From Setoptus koraiensis (taxonomy: Eukaryota; Animalia; Arthropoda): 64,000 nt of DNA. A model generated the notes under the pieces. It made no database searches. It was not told the DNA's origin and saw only the letters and a list, made by a program, of their open reading frames with translations. This document shows positions 12,770 through 25,458 of this stretch, piece after piece (positions within the stretch are counted from its first letter, which is position 1; each line of letters starts with the position of its first letter). The stretch spans positions 3,782,001-3,846,000 of the forward strand of contig CM106585.1 in NCBI GenBank assembly GCA_048013815.1, read 5' to 3'. The position numbers were made by a program, and so were the translations under genes.

Positions 12770-14308
12770 TGTTGTTGTTGGCTTGTGTTGCTGTTGGTGC
12801 TTATGTTAATGTTTGCGCTTGCGATGATAGCTTGCCGCTGTCGGTTGTTGGTCGCTTGATTGATTGCTTATTAATTAGCGGCTAATTGATTGTTTGTCGG
12901 CGACACTCGGTGTGTGATTGAACGCGTTGCGTTAAATAAATGGCCGCTATCAACGGCGGCTGTAACCGTATCTGAATGGGTTGCGCTGCAATATGAACAA
13001 CAATGCGCTGCGATAACTATATTCACTCGCGAACGGAAGCACGTGTTCGGCAAATTTGCTGTTGGGCCGGCGAGCTTGCGTTGTAACTGTTGTAACGTTT
13101 GTTGTGTAACGTGCTATTGTTGATTTGTTGTTGCTGTCGCTGTTGTTGTTGTTGTTGTTGTTTGGCGGTAAGATGTGGTGTTACTGTGTCGTCGTGTCGT
13201 CGTACTGTTGTGCTGTTGCGCTGTTGTGCTGTTGTGCTGTTGTGGGCCAGCCAGTTGGAGCCAGTCAGAGCCAGTGCGATAGACAAAGTTTTTTTATCAA
13301 TTGACTCAACTGCAAACTGCACTGTTGTGCTGCCAACTCAAGTGTAGCAAGTAACTAGTGAGTTGCGAGTAACTGCCTGTGTATGCTGCTGCCAACTGCT
13401 GAGACAACGACTGTTACGTAATAAGGTTAGTAGTTGAAAAATTTAAATAAACGAACGAATAGATGAAACTGGGCCAATGCTCTGTTGCTGCAGTGACTGC
13501 TGTGTGCAGTGGATACAGTGATGGCAATTGCGGCTTCAACTTGTCTCGATATGTGTGAGCCGACGGGCTGACAACGATGGGCTGACAACGATGCGCGCTA
13601 CGGGAATGTTTTGTGCAAAAATGTTGGCACACACAAGCTTATTATGTAATGCCGGCTTATTATATTGTAACTATAACGATGAGGAACCTCTTCAAGGTTG
13701 TTGCGCTGCATGTGATATAATATCGCATATAAATATGTGTGCGAGTGTGTGTATATTGTCAGTGCGTTTGTTTGTTAGAGAGCAAAGTGTCACGCCAACA
13801 ACAAACAAGTATTATATAATAATGATAAATCTGTGTACTACAGTCAGTGAGTCTTTTGAGTGTGTGTGTGTTATCTTGTGTTATAAATCTTGTATGAGTG
13901 TGTGTTATTATGTAACATGGATAAACTCGCCGGCGATGCAGATGGGGCGCAGTTGCGTGTAGATATGCGAATAGTTTAAATTAACTGTTTGTGTGTGTGT
14001 GTGTGTGTGTAATTTAGTTTGCTACAAGTCTCGTTGCTGGTGAAGTCTTGGTGAACTTATTTGAACCGTTTCTCCTCAACGGCGTAATCGGCCGCCTCAC
14101 TCGAAATGGCTTCGAGTTGCCTCACGAGTTTGCTCGCTGGTGGTGCGGTTGCTGGCGCATAGCGACGTTCGCGCTCTATCCTGTCTCGCGCTCTGTCCTG
14201 TATCGCGCGCTGTGTGTGTGTGTGTATTTGCAAATAATTTGCTTTTTATCCAAATATCCGCACAGATCTATTGTGGCGAAGTGTGTTCTAATTCTTTATC
14301 GCCTGCCT

Positions 14309-14343
<35 letters not shown>

Positions 14344-17300
14344 AGGAATAACTGTCTCTTCCTTGTTGCCCGATCGCTGTCAGCTCTATTGGTCGGATGC
14401 TTATCTTGTGTGCTGGCGAGCGAGCGCTTAAATCATCATTACGTAACTGCCGTAAGTGTGTCTCGTCTCAACATGAGATTGAGAATGGATATATCTGGCT
14501 GTGTGTGTGTGCGTCGCAAATATTCTAGTGACAGTAATGGTAATGTAATAATCACTCACAAACAATCACTTTGTTAGTTACACTCTCTCATCAACAAGCC
14601 AACGAGCCAACAAGCGACCATCGGCGGATGCTAGCCAAATATACTGACGGCCGAGAATTGAACAAGCTCACTTATATATAGCTCGCTGTGTGTTGTCACT
14701 GTTGAAGGGAATTATCGGTGCCCCTTCCCCCTGCGAATGGCGCGATAGTAGCGGTAATGTGTTCATTCACTCACTGACTTTTGTCGAAATGTGTGTGTGT
14801 GCTGTTATGTCATCCATAGGCACCATTGAGATTCGTGAGTGTGTGTGTGTGTGTGTGTCGCTGCCATAACTAACTGTGTAACACACGCACACGCACACGA
14901 CAAATAAACACCAGCCAGTACTTTTGCCAAGCTAGAACGCATGCGCACTGCAGGCGGCTGCCAGAGTTGCGACCAATGTAACGCGCGGCGCGAGCGTCAA
15001 CGAGCACTGACGAGTGATAGTGACTCGTCGAGTGAGCACAACGAGCGAGCGAGCGACTGGGCGACTGGGCGACTAATACTCATCATTGGCTTCACTAGAC
15101 TCACTGGCTTGGCGACACTGGCTTGGCGAGACAGATAGACACAGCAAATAGACAGACGGACACATGACAAGGCAAGATGGCGAATCGGACGACGGTCTCG
15201 ATGGGGCTGCTGGCAAAACCAGCTGAGACACTGGGGGGCGCTGGGGGCCAGACAGAGAGAGAGAGCGGGCGCGCGCGTGAGAGACAAGCGAAGAACGAAA
15301 AAATCACGCCGTAATATGCCAGTAGCATATACACACGCAGAGGTAAGCGCACTGACGGATCATCTCGCCAGAGACACACAACAACAGATAATCGCAAATA
15401 ATTGATTCGGCGGGCCCCATTCACACTATTGCAGCGCTGCACGTGCACCCAATATTGCTCTATTCACTGGCAAATAAGCGACGGCGGATTCATCGGCAAA
15501 CTCATTCATGTCGGATTAAACTGTGCCTTTGATCATTTGATCCGCTGCTCATGGTCGCTCATTGTCTGATGCGACGCACCGTCCGGTCCGTGGGCCCGCG
15601 CCTCTGGCGGCCCAACGATCAGCGTTGGTCCGTCGAGTGCCGTTGATTGGCGAAAAACAAACACACGTTTCATTTATTTTACTTTTTCGGCGCTGTCTTT
15701 CGAGCACCAATCCACTAACTAACCATATAAATCTGTCTAAGCCCACAAGAGCATGGCCCAACAACCCGCCATAACAAATTGGGCCCCCCTCTCTAACCTC
15801 CATTAGGTATCGGCCAAACCAGCCATTCTTGTGCCCGATGCCCATCAGCTTACGGCTAACGGCGATAGCTGATGGCCAAAAACGACAAAATCAGTTCCGC
15901 TCTGCCAGAATAACGACTCTCAGAGCCTCTGAGTCAGGGGTTATATTCAGGCCCGTATCATATTTATATAGAAGCGAGCCTGTGAGCCTTGTTAGTCCGC
16001 ACCGGAAATCGGCCAATAATCGGCCCTCTCTTCCACCGAGACCAAAGATGGGGCCCCGTGCGTTCTTAAATCGTGCTCCATCACGTGTCAAGCAGATGCA
16101 AATTCATGAATTTACTCATTTCATGCTTGTATTTCAAACCGAAACCTTGTATTTTCGTCCATCGTGGATTCGATGTGCTATTTCCCAAAAGTTTAAGCCA
16201 TTGGCCTTTATTTGGACGAAATGAGTAGATGATTTTCCTAATTCTTTGTCCGGTTTAAACCATGGTTTTGAGGACGATGTTAAATGGAATGGACGAAGTG
16301 ATTTTCATGTCGAATGATTCAAACCGAATCTAAATTGAAGACCACGATTTGGATCATTCTGTATCAAAAATACAGAATGATACATGCAAAAATACATGCG
16401 AGATGATGACATGCTACACCTATCGACTTGGCGACGACACACAATTATTCATTGTCACTGGAACTAATCAACATGGTTTAGAGCATGGTTTGAATTGATA
16501 TTGGTCTAAATGGTTTTTATTGCGAATAAAATAATGAAAACCATTCAGATCCATAATTGCTGAGTAAAAGTGCTTCTAACACAGCCAAAAAATAATAGAA
16601 ATCATTTCGTCCAAAAATGCCTATTTAGACCATGGTTTAAAACAAAAATGGTTTATATTAATAAAATGGTCGGTGTGGCTTAATTAGGTGACTTAATCAT
16701 TAAGACCCACACACACCACCATGAGGCTGACACAAGTGCTGTTGTAGTCAAGGTGAGCCGATCTGCCACAAGCACGAGACGCTGGCTTGTGGCGACGGTT
16801 CAACGGGATTAAAATGGCATCGGTTCGACGGGCGACATGGAGCGTTCGATGTCGAGCAATATCTAGCAATACCTAGTTACGCAATGACGTCTGATGGCGA
16901 GCTAGGCGGCGTTTATGTCACATGATACTTAGCGCAATGATGACATTGTTAAATAAGGTGGGCACAAGGCCTGTAAATGAGCGTGTAGGGGGTAATAAAG
17001 AATAGCAGTATCGCCCACAATAGCTGTCTGTATATATACATCAGCATATATACAGACGTCGTATGTTGCTCTTCATTTAATTTCAGGCGACATTTTGCGA
17101 GATGTAGCGGCGTCACACTATCCAGTGACTCAATACACAATACTCATATACTCGCTGGATTTCAGTCACCAGATCTCACAAAATGTGTCGCGCCGCGCCG
17201 CGCCGCGCGAATAGGCGCCAGTAGCATCGTATATTATTGTAAATTAGTTCTTTGGCTTCAATTTTATTTATTGTCATCTTGACACCTTGACGAGCTGTTG

Positions 17301-18025
17301 TGTCAGTCGTGGGCTGTTGTTTTTGTCGGCGATCGAGCTGGCAAGATCGCGTCGAAAGAGGTTTTCTCGCCGGATTGCTGTTCACTAAGTTCACTAAGTG
17401 AAAAGTGAGCAAGTCGGCTTGCCATTGTCAATTGTTAGCAAGTTATCATCGTCTCGTCACTCGTGAACACAATTTTTATTTAGTTGGTTTATCTGCATGC
17501 CAGTGTATATAGACATATTCTAGGGATATATTCTAGTCACTGTGGGCTAGAATATATCTGGTGTCTGTGCACCCATGTATAAAAACATTTATATAATGAC
17601 ACACATATAATGTGTTACATATACGTCAGTGCATGCCAGCGAGCCAGCGGCGAGCCGGGTTTATACGCCGGGCCGAGTATGAAAGTTTTATTATGTAATG
17701 CAAGTCGTCGTTTGACACAAAACGACGCGCCGTACGCCGCCTTTGTTGCATGCACTGCCGACTTGTTTGGCTTTGCCGGATAAAATCAGCCAGCGAGCAC
17801 TCACTGGCTACGTGCCACACTTGCGCGATAAATGCCAGCACTTATAACTTGTCACAACGGCAAGCTCGTATGCTCGCCTGTCGCGACAGTGCCGCCAAGC
17901 GGCGCCTCGGCCCGGCCGACGAGCCGCCAGCCTGCGCACTGTGCCCATTATATCCGGCCCCCTATCGGGCAGGTGTGGTGCATCATGTCAGCGAGGCCAA
18001 CACGGCCGCTACAGCCACTGTAAGA

Positions 18026-18088
18026 GCAGGCCAACAGTCACCGTAAGAGCAGGCCAACAGTCACCGTAAGAGCGGGCCAACAGTCACG
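18026..18088. repeat. 23-bp tandem repeat (GGCCAACAGTCACCGTAAGAGCA), about 3 copies
   Basis: Direct reading. Confidence 0.8.
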
Positions 18089-18748
18089 GGCACGGAGTGT
18101 GTGTGTTGGCTTCCTTGTCGAGCGTGTAACAGCGATGAGGAACAAGTGAGCCGTTGTACATGTAAATTTTGCAATCGCAAGCAAAACGGCCGGGCCCCGC
18201 TCGAGTGGCTTGCGTCGGCGTTCGAGGCTCGGGAGCGCAACACGGCAATCGCACTGCCGACTGAGCCGGCCAACTGTCACCGGGCGCCCCAATGCATCAT
18301 GTATCGCCCAACGATACATTGGGCCCCAATGATTGGGGCCACAGATGGATGTTACACAAACAGATGATACACAAATGGATGATGCGATCAAGTGGCGTCG
18401 CGACTCGCCAAGGGGGAATCAATCAGCACTTGTCAGTCGCCACACGAAGACAATTCATTCATCTGCTGTCCGAACGACAACCAACCGCCGAGCGCCTGAC
18501 GATCAGCTGACGACGCCCACGCCTGCGCCCACGCTGACAGTGCTGAGATTGGGGGCCACGATGACGCCATCACCTGATGATTCATCAGTGGCGGCATCCC
18601 AACAACGCGAATAGACGGGATCAGCGAGCTCGCTCGGCGGACGCACCAGACGCGGGCCCTGGATGCGCCGACGGCCGGCCGATGGGCACCGATGGATCGC
18701 TCTGGGTTGCTGCAAACTCTGCAGCACAGGTGTGTCGCGATGCAAAGC

Positions 18749-18910
18749 CGGATAATTTCGGGATAATTTCGGGATAATTTCGGGATAATTTCGGGATAAT
18801 TTCGGGATAATTTCGGGATAATTTCGGGATAATTTCGGGATAATTTCGGGATAATTTCGGGACAATTTCGTGATAATTTCGGGATGATTGCCGGATGATT
18901 GCCGGATAAT
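18749..18910. repeat. (GGGATAATTTC)n 11-bp minisatellite, about 12 copies plus degenerate units
   Basis: Direct reading. It generates the spurious repetitive ORFs at 18503-19030 and 18621-18923. Confidence 0.95.
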
Positions 18911-20784
18911 CGCGCAGGAGCAATGATTAGTGGGGCCAGTGATTATCGCTGTGTGACATATATAACTAATGTGTGTCACTGTTTGGTGTCTGTTGGGCGC
19001 GATTCGAAGCCCTTCAAGTGTCATTCGCAATCAAGCGCCCTCATGATGATCATGGTGTGCCAGTATTTTCGGCTGAATGGCACACAATTTTGCCCGACGA
19101 ATAAAAACCATAAGAACAAAGCCACCCACTGGCTGGTCGCTCATCGTCGCCACCATCCAGCCGTAACTAATCGAATAAGTCCACTAATGCTGACTGGCGT
19201 GTCATAATGACATGTTGACAGCTCCCTGCTCGCGCGTTTCATTGTGGCCAGCAAATTGGATCCATTGAGCCACCAGGTTAATCTTGTACTGGCGACGCCA
19301 GTGGTAATCTTTAAAACAATGCCAACTAGAGTTGTATCAGTATTGATTTGTTTACCAGTTTGTTGTTAATTGTTTACAACACACTAACAGCCAACAGTCA
19401 GTGAACATTGTTGGCTGTTTATGGGCACCTTGGCGCCTATTGTTTCAATTCATTGATCCAAGGATAATCTCTGACACAAGTGCCAGCGACAATCTGGCTT
19501 ATGGTAGCCTTGTTATTACTGCCAACAGGCTTGTTACTACTGGCTCGCGCCATTCGCCACTGATTAGCGACAACAACATCGGCTACAATGCCGGCTACAG
19601 CTTACCAGAGAGACAGCTTTCCAGAGGGACAGCTTTCCAGAGGAACGAACAAACACAACAACAAATAAACTCATTTGGCTGCTTGCATACAGATAATTGA
19701 ATTGGATCGCACCGGGCCGGACCGGGCCGAATCGAATTGGATCCAATTGAATTGAATCGAATTGAATTGAATAAAACCAAATTAATCGCAACGACTTGGC
19801 AAGAAATTGAGTTGCACCGCGCTAAGGTGTCGAGGCCAGCGCTGATAAAACAGCCCGCTTGTTGAGCTAAAAATAATTACCGATTGTCCTAAATTGAGCA
19901 AATAGCGCACCAATCCGACGTTACGTTAGCCTTCGCCGATTATGATTTTGTTGGTGCGCACTTACAGCCCTACTCACACAGCTACTGGCTTTGCTTTGGC
20001 CCGATGATGGTAACTGTAACTCCTTAAATGATGATATATGCAAATAAGTCCTTCGTGACCTTGTTTGCGCCTTTGTCATTTGCATGAAATGCGGTGTCCA
20101 GGAGCGCGCGATTGCGTACAGCTGAACGGGTTAGATGGATGATTGTGGCAAGGTTGCCCGAACAAACGCAGCCATTGTTTTTTATTACCAAACAAGTGTT
20201 TATTACCAAATATACATAATACACAGTGAGTATTGTGGCGCTAGCATGCAGTTGATTGATGAACAAAATTGATTATAAACCAATCAGGGCGGCCGGTTAT
20301 CAATCATTTTGTACACTGTTAGCTAATGATGTGTTGCGGACAGCGCATTCATACATGAATCATGTTACATGATGTCATGTTTGAATTTAGCAAGCACTCG
20401 CGGCAGCTCGGCGAATAGCAAAAATGATAGCAATGGGTGAGTATTGAGAGAAAAAACCAACTGGAAGCAACTCTTTATTTGTGACATCGCATTACCTGGT
20501 CGTTGGGTGATTTGCGTCAATTGTTAAATGAGCGGCAACAGCAACAGCAACAACAACCAAACAAACAAGTTTACTGCCACCGGCCACTCATTATGCTTGC
20601 AATCGGGCCCGATATTATTTATGTTTTTCCTCTCGTGATTCATCTCTCCTTGTAGCTCGCCAGTCGATGCTGTCGAGCGAGGCATCGAAACAGCTCGCAA
20701 TGTGCACTGTATTTATTTCACTGCCGATCGCATAAATTATCTTGTCAGGCAATTTGTACACTATGTGTGCAATACCGGCAAGGC

Positions 20785-20786
<2 letters not shown>

Positions 20787-20830
<44 letters not shown>
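20787..20830. repeat. (GT)n microsatellite
   Basis: Direct reading. Confidence 0.95.
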
Positions 20831-20831
<1 letters not shown>

Positions 20832-21679
20832 AAGTGCGTGGAAGGGCGCGCGGGATAATATACAGACGGATAATTAACTGAATGCAAATAATGTAAATAA
20901 TGTTTGTTGACTTTGGGCCAGTTGCGACTAGGTCGCGCGGCTTCTCTAATTCATTAATTCATTGCCATGGATAAGAGCAGTCTACTTTTGTTGCTATTTG
21001 GCGCGCTCCTGAGCGAGCTATCGGGACAATTGGTCATTGACACTCGCTCGACTCTGGCACTGTTGCTGGCGCCAATGATCGCATCACATGCCCCAGGACG
21101 GCGCGATATTGTTGTCCGGACGCCAATACATTTACATGTATCGGGCTTCGGATGCTCTCCACCAGGGACCATTGAGCACAACGATGACAATAACAAATGA
21201 CGCGATGACCATCGGATTATGTGTCACACAATCCTGTGTCCCGGCCCGGATGTTTACCGGTGGCCGGGTCAGAGTTGCCGCCTCGAGCCTCGAGGGCTGA
21301 AGCTGGCCGAGCCGCGATTGTATTGTGACGGCGTGTAATTCAATACAGCACAGGCAGCAGTTTTGCATACGACGAGTTGCGTCGAATGCCATTTGAGAGC
21401 GGACGAGATCGCGCTGACAGCCAGTATTGTTGCCAGATTGTATCACAGCAACGACAACGACACCGACAACAAAACCGACAGCAGCAACAACCAACTGGCA
21501 GCACAGTATGCAGCTAAAAAGGTAAACACCGATGTGGAAATACACCCTGCTTCACACACAATTACGTAACAATTGATGCGCTGCTACTTGCACCACTTGT
21601 GTGTATGTTTGTTTGTTGCGCCAGCATCTGCTGTTGCTTGTGTCGTTATTTGCTGGCTGCCATGGCTATACAAATGCTA

Positions 21680-21680
<1 letters not shown>

Positions 21681-21746
<66 letters not shown>
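21681..21746. repeat. (GT)n microsatellite, about 33 units
   Basis: Direct reading. Confidence 0.95.
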
Positions 21747-21749
<3 letters not shown>

Positions 21750-23415
21750 CGGACGAGAGAGCAGGAAAGGCCGAAAAACGGTTTACGGTTTTAGAAGAAA
21801 AAAGCAAAGCGAAGAAGCCCTGCGAGTCGGACGCGCAGGTGAGTTAATTGACGGCACAATTGTTGTTGGCACAGGCAGTGGGAGCGGTCGTTTTACAGTT
21901 ACGGTTTGTGTGTTTGTGTGTGCACTTGACGCTCAACAATACGATTGGGCTCCGTTTGGCCAAACAAGCGCATTAACAACGAACACATATACAAGTTGCG
22001 CCGCTGCCAGCTACGCCGTCACCTTGATCCATTTAAGGAGCTTCGTTTAGAGTGCGCCGCCTCGACACTTGGGGGCGCTCTTGTGGCAGATGATGCAGCA
22101 GCGCTGGACAGTGCGTGTGTGTGTGTAGCTGCAAGTGCCATGAATAAGGTGCGCCAGTTCAAACTAACATCTTTCGTCATCTTCCTACACTGACGCTGCT
22201 GCTGCTACTGGCGCTGCTGTTGCTGTTGCTACCACTTCTGATGTGTGTGTGTAGTATGCAGCAGTAACTGTACTGTTACACCTGCAATAAGTGATAATAC
22301 TGTTGCTCGGGATGGGAACAGGCAGCGAATAAACAGAGACGCCAGATTATCGGGCCAACAACACAATCAATTGCTATATTCGTCATCACTATTATCACTA
22401 TTATACAGTTATATCCATTTACAACAATACTAATAATAATATAATAATAGTAAATAGCGTATTAATAATCAGTGGCACACAATCCAATGGTGAAGCCACC
22501 TAGCGTTGAACATTTTCAATAATTAATTAACATGGGGGCTAGCTCGATTTATGGCAAACATTTCGTCATTATCCTATGAGGGCTGACACGGCGTTTAACA
22601 ACTTGCGTACGGCTGTAACAACAGTAACAGTACAACGACACAGTCAACAAGGGCCCATTAACCACGACAACGGCTTCTATCGAATAAGCTGCGAATTGGG
22701 GCTCATGAGACATTAACTAACGACAGACAACAATCACAATCCAAGGTCCGTTCACACTGCACATAATTACACACAATCACACACACCATCACACACATCA
22801 TTGTATTATTATTATTATATATATTACTCATTATTACTCGTTGCTACAATCGCTTGATGCTATCCACAAAACTATCATCTGTCGGATAACAACTATTTGT
22901 AACATGCCACCATTTGCTTCCATCACACTGTTACCCTACCTCTGGACAATTCTAATATTATTATAAATTAATTATTATTTTCCATCATCGTGCATAAATT
23001 TTGCATAAATTGCCTTTCAGGCACACATTGGACCAAATTTTCACATTATCATTATTGATCGAGATTACTCATCAACAACCGCAAATACATACATATTTAT
23101 ACATACATACAGTAATAATAATATTTATGCAAAGCTTAACCTTGATGTGCACATCGGAATACTAGCTGTACAAATCACAATCGGAAACAACAACAATAGC
23201 AGACGAGCAATCAAAAACGACACACACCGAAATAACACGCCTTGATATAAACAGACAGTTACATGCTAGGTGTGTTTCCACGACCATAGATTACCCATAG
23301 ATTATTATTACCATTATTATTATTATTATCATTCATTGGACTTATTATCACTTATTAGACACTCTACTTTGTTATTATTGCTGGCCGTTCATTGTCTACC
23401 CAGAAGGCCTAAATA

Positions 23416-25392
23416 ATGTCTGAACCCATGGTCGATGACTCCATGCTACAAACGTACGAATATGAAGAGATAACCATCAAACGCGGTAATAGTGGACTTG
23501 GTTTAACTATAGCAGGAGGTACAGATAACCTCGATGATAAAAATGGTAGTAGTGATATTCATATCACTAACATTATACCCGGTGGCATTGCTGCGGAAGA
23601 TGGCAGATTGCAAAAGGACGATATTATACTCAAGGTTGGTGATATAGATTTAATCGATGTTAAACACTCGAAGGCAGTACAAGCCTTAACGAATTCTGGT
23701 AGCCTTGTTCACCTCCTTGTCAAGAGGCATAAATCACCTGCAAATCAGACACAATTGCACAACAACAATATCACAAATGATAAGAATACGAACAACAAAT
23801 TAAATTATAATAATAACAACAACTCACATCTGAAAGGAGCATCTTCAGAGAGGTCGTTGCATGCAGCCCCGTCAGAGGATCACGATAGAGATAATATTGA
23901 AAGCCAAAAATCTCACGACGATCCTAAACATGCCAGTTTGAGCAGAGCAAACAGAACCGTTGTTTTAAATAAAACTAACAAAGAGTTAGGATTTAAGATT
24001 ATTGGTGGCATTTCAGGAGAAGGCATATACATATCATTCCTAACAGAGGGTGGAGTAGCAAAAAAATCAAACAAATTATATTGTGGCGACAGAATTCTAT
24101 TTGTAAATGGTGTAGATCTTAGAAATGCCACACATGAAGAAGCCGCTAATGCCCTTATGGAATCAGGCCAAACTGTTACACTGGTTGTCAGATATAGACC
24201 AGAAGGTTACAAGAGGTTGAATAGTAAAATAAACGATCTTCGTGAGCAGATGATGACTTCTACAGGAACCCTACGTACTTCAAGAAAGCGTTCTCTATAT
24301 GCCAGAGCCATGTTCGACTATGATCCAACTAGAGACTCTGGACTACCAAGTAGAGGATTGCCATTTAAATTCGGAGATATATTACATATCATCAATGCAT
24401 CAGATGATGAATGGTGGCAGGCTAGGAAAGTTTTAGATAATGGTGAAGATGATTACAATCATGGTATTATTCCATCTATTAAACGAATTGAAAGAAGGGA
24501 ACGCGTTAGATTAAAGACAGTCAAGTTCGACAGAAATGGTTCCGATGTTGCATTAGATAGAAGAAGAAAGAAGTTCAACTTCTCGAGAAGATTTCCTTTT
24601 TATAAATCTCGCGAAAATGTATCTGAGGATTGGGGAGACATTAACTTGAGTAATAGTTCCGTTAGCAAAAAGACTATATTAACTTCTTGCTCTACAATAA
24701 GTATTAACAACGAAACGCCCGATAGTGAAACTGGAAGTTGCAAAAATGGGCCAGACGAAATGATTTTGTCATACGAGCCTGTAGTCAGGCAGGAAATCGA
24801 TTATACTAGGCCTGTTATATTGTTTGGACCGTTAAAAGATGAGTTAGATAGGATTAATGAAGATCTTTTAAATGGGAATCCTGATGTTTTTGCATCATGT
24901 GTACCTCACACGACGCGGCCTAGAAGAGATCGCGAGGTAGATGGCCGGGACTATCATTTTGTCAATTCACGAGAACAAATGGAGCATGATATTCAAAACC
25001 ACTTATTCATAGAGGCCGGTCAATATAAAGGCAATTTGTATGGAAAATCTGTTACTTCTGTTAGGGACGTTGCCGAATCAGGCAAACATTGTATACTGGA
25101 TGTTAGCGCTAATGCCATAAAGAGACTACACGCTGCGAATCTATATCCAATTGCCATATTTATAAAACCAAAATCATTAGAGTCTATCCTGGAGATGAAT
25201 AAACGAGTGTCACGCGAAGAAGCTATAGCTGCTCTTGATAGAGCTAATAAGCTTGAGCAAGAATATGGAACCTATTTCACAGCCACTGTTCAAGGAGATA
25301 CACCGGAGGAAATCTATAATTATGTGGTGGAAGTGGTATCTAGGCAAGCTGGTCCAAAAATATGGATTCCTTGCCGTGAACGCCTCGACTAG
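23416..25392 (+). CDS. dlg1: Discs large (DLG MAGUK): PDZ1-PDZ3-SH3-HOOK-GUK, intronless, 658 aa
   Basis: PDZ1 (EEITIKRGNSGLGLTIAGGTDN...GRLQKDDII), PDZ3 (ELGFKIIGG...ATHEEAANAL...YRPEGY), SH3 (YARAMFDYDPTRDSGLPSRGLPFKFGDILHIINASDDEWWQAR) and GUK (SCVPHTTRPRRDREVDGRDYHFV...EAGQYKGNLYG). A splice acceptor at 23403 is followed by an in-frame TAA before the ATG. Confidence 0.95.
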   Translation: MSEPMVDDSMLQTYEYEEITIKRGNSGLGLTIAGGTDNLDDKNGSSDIHITNIIPGGIAAEDGRLQKDDIILKVGDIDLIDVKHSKAVQALTNSGSLVHLLVKRHKSPANQTQLHNNNITNDKNTNNKLNYNNNNNSHLKGASSERSLHAAPSEDHDRDNIESQKSHDDPKHASLSRANRTVVLNKTNKELGFKIIGGISGEGIYISFLTEGGVAKKSNKLYCGDRILFVNGVDLRNATHEEAANALMESGQTVTLVVRYRPEGYKRLNSKINDLREQMMTSTGTLRTSRKRSLYARAMFDYDPTRDSGLPSRGLPFKFGDILHIINASDDEWWQARKVLDNGEDDYNHGIIPSIKRIERRERVRLKTVKFDRNGSDVALDRRRKKFNFSRRFPFYKSRENVSEDWGDINLSNSSVSKKTILTSCSTISINNETPDSETGSCKNGPDEMILSYEPVVRQEIDYTRPVILFGPLKDELDRINEDLLNGNPDVFASCVPHTTRPRRDREVDGRDYHFVNSREQMEHDIQNHLFIEAGQYKGNLYGKSVTSVRDVAESGKHCILDVSANAIKRLHAANLYPIAIFIKPKSLESILEMNKRVSREEAIAALDRANKLEQEYGTYFTATVQGDTPEEIYNYVVEVVSRQAGPKIWIPCRERLD

Positions 25393-25458
25393 TGTTGTTT
25401 ATTTCATTGAGTGTGATGATGATGGACATCATTAATAAATATACCTAAGCATCTGACA

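Noticed and set aside
17525-17558. 12-bp perfect inverted repeat (gatatattctag/ctagaatatatc)
   Set aside because: Short, AT-rich and isolated, so plausibly chance or local slippage. No functional context.
18749-18910. CRISPR-like array or repetitive protein (LSRNYPEIIPK)n
   Set aside because: It is a head-to-tail 11-bp repeat with no spacers in a eukaryotic context, and the ORFs are artefacts of the repeat.
20954-21569. Short ORFs with a hydrophobic start and an AAG|GTAAAC donor, as possible upstream dlg (L27) exons
   Set aside because: No L27 similarity, and the dlg acceptor is followed by an in-frame stop. At most these are 5'UTR exons.
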